Source: the human T2T-CHM13v2.0 reference genome, Homo sapiens
Direction: 5' to 3' (one strand)
DNA length: 64,000 nt
NCBI RefSeq assembly: GCF_009914755.1
Contig: NC_060942.1
The notes under the pieces are model-generated. The model saw nothing but the letters and a program-made list of their open reading frames with translations, was not told the origin of the DNA and made no database searches. This document shows positions 57,304-64,000 of this stretch, piece after piece; the first letter of the stretch is position 1, and each line of letters begins with the position of its first letter. The position numbers were made by a program, and so were the translations under genes.

Positions 57304-57695
57304 TCTGATGGTTAATACTGAGTGTCCACTTGATTGGAATGAAGGATACAAAGTATTGATCCTGGGTGTGTCTGTGAGGGTGTTGCTCATGGGGATTAAC
57401 ATTTAAGTCAGTGGGATGGGAAAGGCAGACCCACACTTAACCTGGGTGGACACCATCGAATCAGCTGCCAGCACAGCAAGAATATAAGCAGACAGAAAAA
57501 TGTGAAAGGAGAAACTGGTCTAGCCTCCCAGTCTAGATCTTTCTGCCATGCTGGATGCTTCCTGCCCCCGAACATTGGACTCCAAGTTCTTCAGTTTTGG
57601 AGCTCGGACTGGCTGTCCTTGCTCCTAAGCTTGCAGATGGCCTATTGTGGAACCTTATGATTATGTGAATTAGTACTTAATAAACTCCCCCTTGT

Positions 57696-57761
<66 letters not shown>

Positions 57762-57807
57762 GTATATTCCGTTAGTTCTGTCCCTCTAGAGGACCCTGAC
57801 TAATACA
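57304..57807 (+). mobile_element. MLT2A1 (HERV-L) solo LTR with an expanded internal (TA)n
   Basis: TCTGATGGTTAATACTGAGTGTC...CCCTGACTAATACA with perfect TSD CCAGC at 57299-57303 and 57808-57812. Confidence 0.94.
57701..57755. repeat. (TA)27 microsatellite
   Basis: Uninterrupted TA run read directly. Confidence 0.97.
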
Positions 57808-58617
57808 CCAGCAATAAAACTAACAGGTTGACTGCATGCATTTTTGTATGTATTCTGGCAGTGATCACCAGCTAGTGCAGGCAATGGCAGCTCTCATGAA
57901 CCAGGAGCCAGCCTTCTTTAAGACCAAAGGGACATTTTTCATGTCTTTTGTATACATTAAAGAAGTGGCAATTTGTATTAGGACCCTTCTCCCCAAGGAA
58001 TTCCTGGAAATTCCACATTTGTTACTTTTTCCCTCTAAATATGATAGGTCTTGATTTTATTTCTTCTATCTGCCTGAGCTCAGCATAATGTAGCTATTTT
58101 ATTTTCATTTCTCTTTCTCCCTGTAATATTAAAAAGATCATAATTACAAGATGTCAACAAAAAACTCAGCAGCAGGAAAAATCTCAGGAGTATAGAACAA
58201 CAATCTATTGAAATGCCTTCTCCCAAAACAAGTAGCCAACAAAAATAGTGGCTATCATTTATTTAATAGTTGGAAAGTAATTTTCTTTATAACAAAGTGT
58301 TGGACTTTCATTTGTAAAGGGATAGGGAGTACATATGTTTATCCAGGCTAGGTCTCACAGATGAACCAACTAGGGTGACCCCTGGTGGGTAAGTTGAAGA
58401 CCTCTGAAGAGGTTGCTTGTCTGCCAAGTCAGAAATCAAGCAACCTCCATAAGTTAGAATAATAAGACCCAGACTTCTCTCCTTCTGATGTGTCTGATGG
58501 GGGCCCACAGTAGGATGAACTTGCTTTTGTCACTAAGTGGCTCCCTGGAATACTCTGGTAAGTAACTTTTTCACTGAGGCAGTCAGGAACAGCAAGATTT
58601 TAATGAGCAACTTGGCT

Positions 58618-58770
58618 AAGGCTTCTCAAACTGTAATGTACATATGAATCACCTGAGGGGCTTGTTAAAATGTAGGCTCTGATGAGGTCAGCCTAAGCCT
58701 GAGAGTCTGTAGTTCTAACAAGTTCCTGGGTAATACCAATGCTACTGGTCCACAAGAGATACTTTGCTAG
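58618..58770. mobile_element. MER5-type hAT-Charlie DNA transposon relic
   Basis: TTCTCAAACTGTAATGTACATATGAATCACCTGAGGGGCTTGTTAAAATG...TCTAACAAGTTCC...TGCTACTGGTCC. Confidence 0.8.
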
Positions 58771-59840
58771 GCCACAAGCAAAATAAGTGAGTAAGCAATA
58801 AAGGGCTGCTTGTTCTGTAACAGACATCTTAGAAATAATTGGCTCACTTTATCACATTTCAGTAGATTGGTTTATTAGATTACTCAGCTGTAATCTAAGG
58901 GCGATATGTAATTATAATCTAAGTATGTAACGTGTAATCTCAGGACAATGTGTAATGTAAGGACAATGGTGGAGAGTGGGTAATTTGAAATTCCTTTCTG
59001 TGTCTTCCTGATTCACAGGAGCTTTTCTGTAAGATGGGCACCCTGTGCAGGCCAGGCTGGGCACAGCAGGAGGCATGATCAATGAATGCATTCAGGTTTC
59101 TACACCCCTCTTTAGGGAAGAGGCAGAAAGACAAATGCAGCTTATTTTCTCCAGCTCAGTATCTCTTTGTGTAACATGCAGGAGGGAGAATGTGAAGGAT
59201 AGAAAATATTAAGTGGGGCAGAATATGCTAAAGTAGGTCAAGGGAGAAAATGAAATAGAGTATTTTTTCTATTCTCAGAAAATGCTGTTAAAATTAGAAC
59301 TGCCACAGATCACAAGATCAGTGTTGTAAACATTTTTTTTCCAGGCAAAAAAACTCTCAGCTACCAAAACTTCGATTATTAGGTAAGGATTTGAACAAAG
59401 ATGTGTGTCATGTACTGTGCAAGATGTGTGTGGTGTTGGTTTGGGAGCAGAGGGTGCCTATGTCTTTGGCCAGGCCATGTCCTTGGTAAAATGTACATGT
59501 AGTCAAACTGTGTCCAGCAGCTGCACTTTCTCTAACTCCTCTCTTTCTTCACACTCTTTCACACATGTCTGTTTCTCTTTGTTTAAATTAATTCACACTA
59601 AGATGTTAATGACATTACATATTACCTTTCATAAGAGTGTTTATATTTATCTTACTTTCTAAAATTAGAAAGCAATTTACGTTTGCTGTGGTATTGTTAG
59701 TATTCTGAGGTAATACTTATTCCAAAGTACTAGATTAGATTAGATTTTATGGCATGTTGATTCTGCTGGTCTGAAAATCCTTTCTTCCTAGCACTATAAA
59801 ATCATTACTTGTGCCCTTCCACATGAAGGGCTTTCTTGCC

Positions 59841-59849
59841 TACACACAC

Positions 59850-59886
<37 letters not shown>
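59841..59886. repeat. Compound (CA)n(CG)4(CA)n microsatellite
   Basis: 46 bp of unbroken purine-pyrimidine alternation. Confidence 0.95.
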
Positions 59887-59946
59887 AAGCCCCACCTTGT
59901 TTCTTAATGGATCATAAAAAAAGATTCTATAAAATTCTGGGCTGGC

Positions 59947-60078
59947 CCTTCCTTCCTTCCTTCCTTCCTTCCTTCCTTCCTTCCTTCCTTCCTTCCTTCC
60001 TTCCTTCCTCTCTCTCTTTCTCTCTTTTCCTTCCTTCCTCTCTCTCTCTTTCTCTCTCTCTCTCTCCTTTTCTTTCTC
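59947..60078. repeat. (CCTT)n/(CT)n polypyrimidine tract at the tail position of the adjacent Alu monomer
   Basis: About 130 bp of C/T only, including about 15 CCTT units. Confidence 0.95.
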
Positions 60079-60226
60079 TGACAGCATCTTGCTCTGTCAT
60101 CCAGAATGAAGTGCAGTGGCATCGTGATCATAGCTTACTGCAGCCTCCAACTTCTGGCCTCATATGATCTTCCCACCTCAGCCTCCCAACGTGCTAGGAT
60201 TATAAGCATCAGCCACCACACCCAGC
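60079..60226 (-). mobile_element. Single-arm AluJ/FAM-like element
   Basis: GACAGCATCTTGCTCTGTC...GTGCTAGGATTATAAGCATCAGCCACCACACCCAGC. Confidence 0.82.
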
Positions 60227-61790
60227 TCTGGAATCCATATTTTAAAAGGCAGTTTTATTATATCAGGTCTGACTCTGCCCATTTGCTTTCCTCTTATTGT
60301 CCTGTGGGTTCCTCCCACGCCTTTCAGGAAGCCTGACAGCCGGACAGGTGGGACATGTCTCATTAGACTCAGAGTTTGCATTTCAATGAGGAGAGGATAT
60401 AGTAAAGTTCAGTATACAATACACCAACAACAATAATTCCTGCAAATGAGATGGTCAGGGAGCAGTATATCCACCATCAGGTTCTCTGTCTAATCTGTTT
60501 TTATGTTTAGTCTTTGTCTCATTTCCTTATAAATGAATACAGGTGATATCACCATGATTTTTTCATACTGAATCTGGAGACTGAAATCTCGAGTGGGTCT
60601 GACTGAACTTTAAATCTTCCTGATGAAGCTTGGGGAGGGATAGCAGGACTGGAAGATCAACTGGGGCTGAGGAACCCTGTTAGGCTTAGAAATTGAGAAT
60701 ATGTTGTTTATGGGACCAGGTTCCAGGTTCCTAGATGAGTGAGCAAAAATTAAATCATCAGCAGTAACAACACAAGAGATTTACTGTGGAATCAGGTACG
60801 TTCTGATGGGCCCTCTATTGCTCAGAAGATAGATACACCCCAGTAATTGGATAGCTCAGCTGGAAACATCTTAAGAGAAAAGTGCTCCTTGTCTCATGCA
60901 GTTCTGAGTAGCAGAAGGATGGTCCCAGTAGGAAAATGCATCTCTTGACTACACTTTGCACAGGTGTGAACATTACCCACTGGTGAGTAATGTCAGGTGA
61001 AAATGGCTCTGTTGTCACTGAGCGTCCCAGATGGAAGTCTTGAGCCCCTTTCATACTCTGGCTTTTGAAAAATATTTTTCTCTGAAAGACATTTTATTTT
61101 TTAATAAATGAAGAGCTATGAGTCATCCTGCTTTAGAACTGGAAGAGAAAATTTACTTCTGCTATAATTAAACAATAATTATTATTCTTTCCTCTGAGGG
61201 AGAACTCTGGGAGATAAACAACTCCCAGATAAATAAGGCTTAGAGAACATGGGCCAAGGCTTCTGTTGATTCACAATATATTTATCTCTCTCTTCCTCCC
61301 AAATAAAAAATAATGATAGTAATTATTTTTAAAAATGTTTCCCTTTTTTAATCATTTAAAATTGCTGTTTTCCAGTCTACTCAAGCAGTAATTGCTTTTG
61401 TGGCCCTGGTGTAACTTGTGGAGAGGATAGGGATAGAATGAGCAGTTGAGAAAATCTACTCCCTAGGCAGCAACTCCAAGGCACCAATTAGTATGAGCTG
61501 ACCTTTAACTTGGTGAATAGTAGGAGGCAAGAGGACTTGACCAGGGTATGAAAACCTGGGTTTTGCCACTTCTTACCTGTGCATAGATTTGGTGGCAAGT
61601 CATTTAATTTCTTGGAGGATTGTTACTCTTTTAACAAATGGTTATAATTCTTAATTTATCTACCTCACTCTGTTTATCTTAAATGACTATATATATATAT
61701 ACATAATACATATATATATATACATAAAAATTACTGTAAAGTATACAAATTAGGGTGGTCATGGAACTTTGAGATTAAAAGCATTCTACA

Positions 61791-62090
61791 GGCCAGGCGC
61801 CGTGGCTCATGCCTGTAATCCCAGCACTTTGGGAGGCTGAGGCGGGCGGATCACAAGGTCAGGAGATGGAGATCAACCTGGCTAACATGGTGAAACCCTG
61901 TCTCTAATAAAAATACAAAAAATTAGCCGGGCGTAGTGGCGGGCGCTTGTAGTCCCGGCTACTCCGGAGGCTGAGGCAGGAGAATGGCGTGAACTCGGGA
62001 GGCGGAGCTTGTGGTGAGCTGAGATAGTAGCGCCACTGCACTCCAGCCTGGGGGACAGAGTGAGACTCCATCTCAAAAAAAAAAAAAAAA
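61791..62090 (+). mobile_element. AluY
   Basis: Y diagnostics GAGAATGGCGTGAAC and GGAGCTTG, many CpGs retained; TSD AAAAGCATT(C/T)TACA. Confidence 0.94.
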
Positions 62091-62963
62091 GCATTTTACA
62101 AAGAGAATGCTGGCCCTAAGTATTTTCGCATTTTCCAGTTTCCTTAAGTTGGAAGCAAAGCAAACCAGCCCTGGAATTCCTTCCTGAAGAAATTTGGAAG
62201 TGACATTTGTGGGGATACATAGATAAGGAGTCATCTAAAATTAAAAAGGATTCTTGAAGTTTTCATGGCACATACAGTGCTGTCAGCTCTTTCTCAAGGG
62301 TGGGGACTGAAAGGAGCTACATCACATTTGGGTAAAAAATGGAGTAAACTGCCAAGGCCTTCATTAGAGCATAAGGTAGTATATTGTAGTTATTAAGCAG
62401 GTGCCTGGAGGGGTCAGTCAATCCACGGTTTACTCATTACCTGGGGATAATATTAAAATATCTACCTAATATCCTATGAATAAAATGAGATCGTCCAAGT
62501 AAAGTACATAGGAAATTGCCAGGCACATAAAATATACTTAATAAATGGTTTATAGGGATGGCTCTATTAATTTTACAGAGAGTACATTTCTGACTTCATA
62601 GTATAATTTGAGGAGCATTGAAAAACCTGTTGATCCAAGTATTTCCCTTTTCAATATTTCTCAGTGCTTTCCCCTACTCTTTTCATATTCGAAATCTTCT
62701 CATTCCATGAGAACTAGCTATGATTTAACTTCCTAAGGTCAGGTACTGTGCTTCTTTTGCTTACCACTGTGCACCCAAGCCCTTCAAGGTGCACTTGACA
62801 AATATTCCTGCTGAGTAGATGTATGTTAGTAACTTCATGGAAGCTGTAATCCATGTGTTCCAATCTCTGAGTGATGCCAGAGTTAAAGAAGGGTCTAATT
62901 CCAAAATAATGGCAAAATAATAATATATTTATTTGCATTTCTTCAACAAATGGAAAAGGATAC

Positions 62964-63314
62964 TGCTATGGACTGAATGTTTATGTCCCCCCAAAATGTA
63001 TATGTTAAAGCCCTAAGTAATGGTTTGGGGAGATGGGTCCTGTGGGAGGTAATTAGGTCACGAGGGTGAACCCTCCTGAAGGGATTAGTGTCCCTATAAG
63101 AAAAGGAAGAGAGCAAACCCCCTCTCCCTGCTCTCTGCCATTTGAGAAACAAAAAGATGGTCATCTGTTTGCAGCAGGCCTTCACCAGACATTGCATCTG
63201 CCAGCACATTGATTTTGGAATTTCCAGCCTCCAGAAGTCTGAGAAATTAACGTTTGTTTTGTAAGCTACTCAGTCTACGGTATTCTATAGTAGTAACCTG
63301 AACTGGTTAAGATG
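62964..63314 (+). mobile_element. MLT1A-type MaLR solo LTR
   Basis: TGCTATGGACTGAATGTTTATGTCCCCCCAAAAT start with 5-bp TSD GATAC on both sides. Confidence 0.9.
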
Positions 63315-64000
63315 GATACAAAGTTTACAAAATACTTCTTAAAACGTTACTTTTTTTTTTTTTTTTCCTCAATTAGCTTCTCTCACAAAAGACAGCAACT
63401 CTTATATCTTTTGCGGATTTTTCAAATCAGGCTTTCTTCATTCCTAATCCAATGTATCTTTATCTATGTCTCTTTCTTTCCCATTCTGTACCATAAACCC
63501 TGGAAGAGCTTGCCTGGTAAGACAGAACCCTCATTATAGGTCATGAGAGGTTAAAAAAAAAAAAAAAGAAAGAAAAAGAAAAATCTCAGTGCAAAGCCAA
63601 ATCTTCCTTAATCTTCCTTTAGTTGACAGTGAGGGAAAGCTGGAGACATTTATATGACAATGTATTGTTGTTGATTTTGTTAACTGAACAGTTTTTTAAT
63701 TAAAAATTAATTTTTAATTGAAAAAAACACTTAACTCTTTTCTTATACCCAGAAGCAATTGACATATGTGAAAAGTCCTTGAAAATTAATCATTCACTGC
63801 TTTTTGACAGATCTATTTTTGTCTTTACATGTTACTTAGATCTTTTATTTTACTTAACATTTGTCCATTATGTCTTTTCTGCCCAATTAATAGATTTTTA
63901 AGAAAATTTATGTATAATACCTAGCATGGTATTTTATACATAACAAGTGTTTAGAAATATTTGTGGAGATACTTTGAAAGACCTAGTTATAAAACAAATT

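Noticed and set aside
59794-60167. Repetitive KEGR/PSFL peptides
   Set aside because: Translation of (CCTT)n and (CA)n microsatellites.

Overview
AT-rich, CpG-depleted primate nuclear DNA, most likely human or great ape given an AluY and an L1PA2-type insertion. The window is intronic or intergenic, and I cannot support any cellular protein-coding exon. Every recognisable ORF in the track is transposon-derived (L1 ORF1/ORF2, Alu antisense, LTR). Main content: a decayed ERV-L internal gag-pro-pol fragment lacking the RT core, several nested old L1M/L1PB elements, a full-length L1PA13-16-type element carrying two Alus and an MLT2A2 solo LTR, a young 5'-truncated L1PA2-type copy, about 14 Alu elements or monomers, MaLR, ERV1 and ERVL solo LTRs, MIR, L2, L3 and MER5 relics, and a 3'-truncated 5S rRNA pseudogene. 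The most notable oddities are a 71-bp internally deleted Alu with both ends and a TSD, an Alu-L1PB junction bracketed by one TSD-like repeat, candidate + strand non-coding exons, and a palindromic TAATCT cluster near an MLT2A1 LTR. I found no convincing new biological system. Subfamily calls come from remembered consensus sequences, and boundaries without a TSD are approximate.
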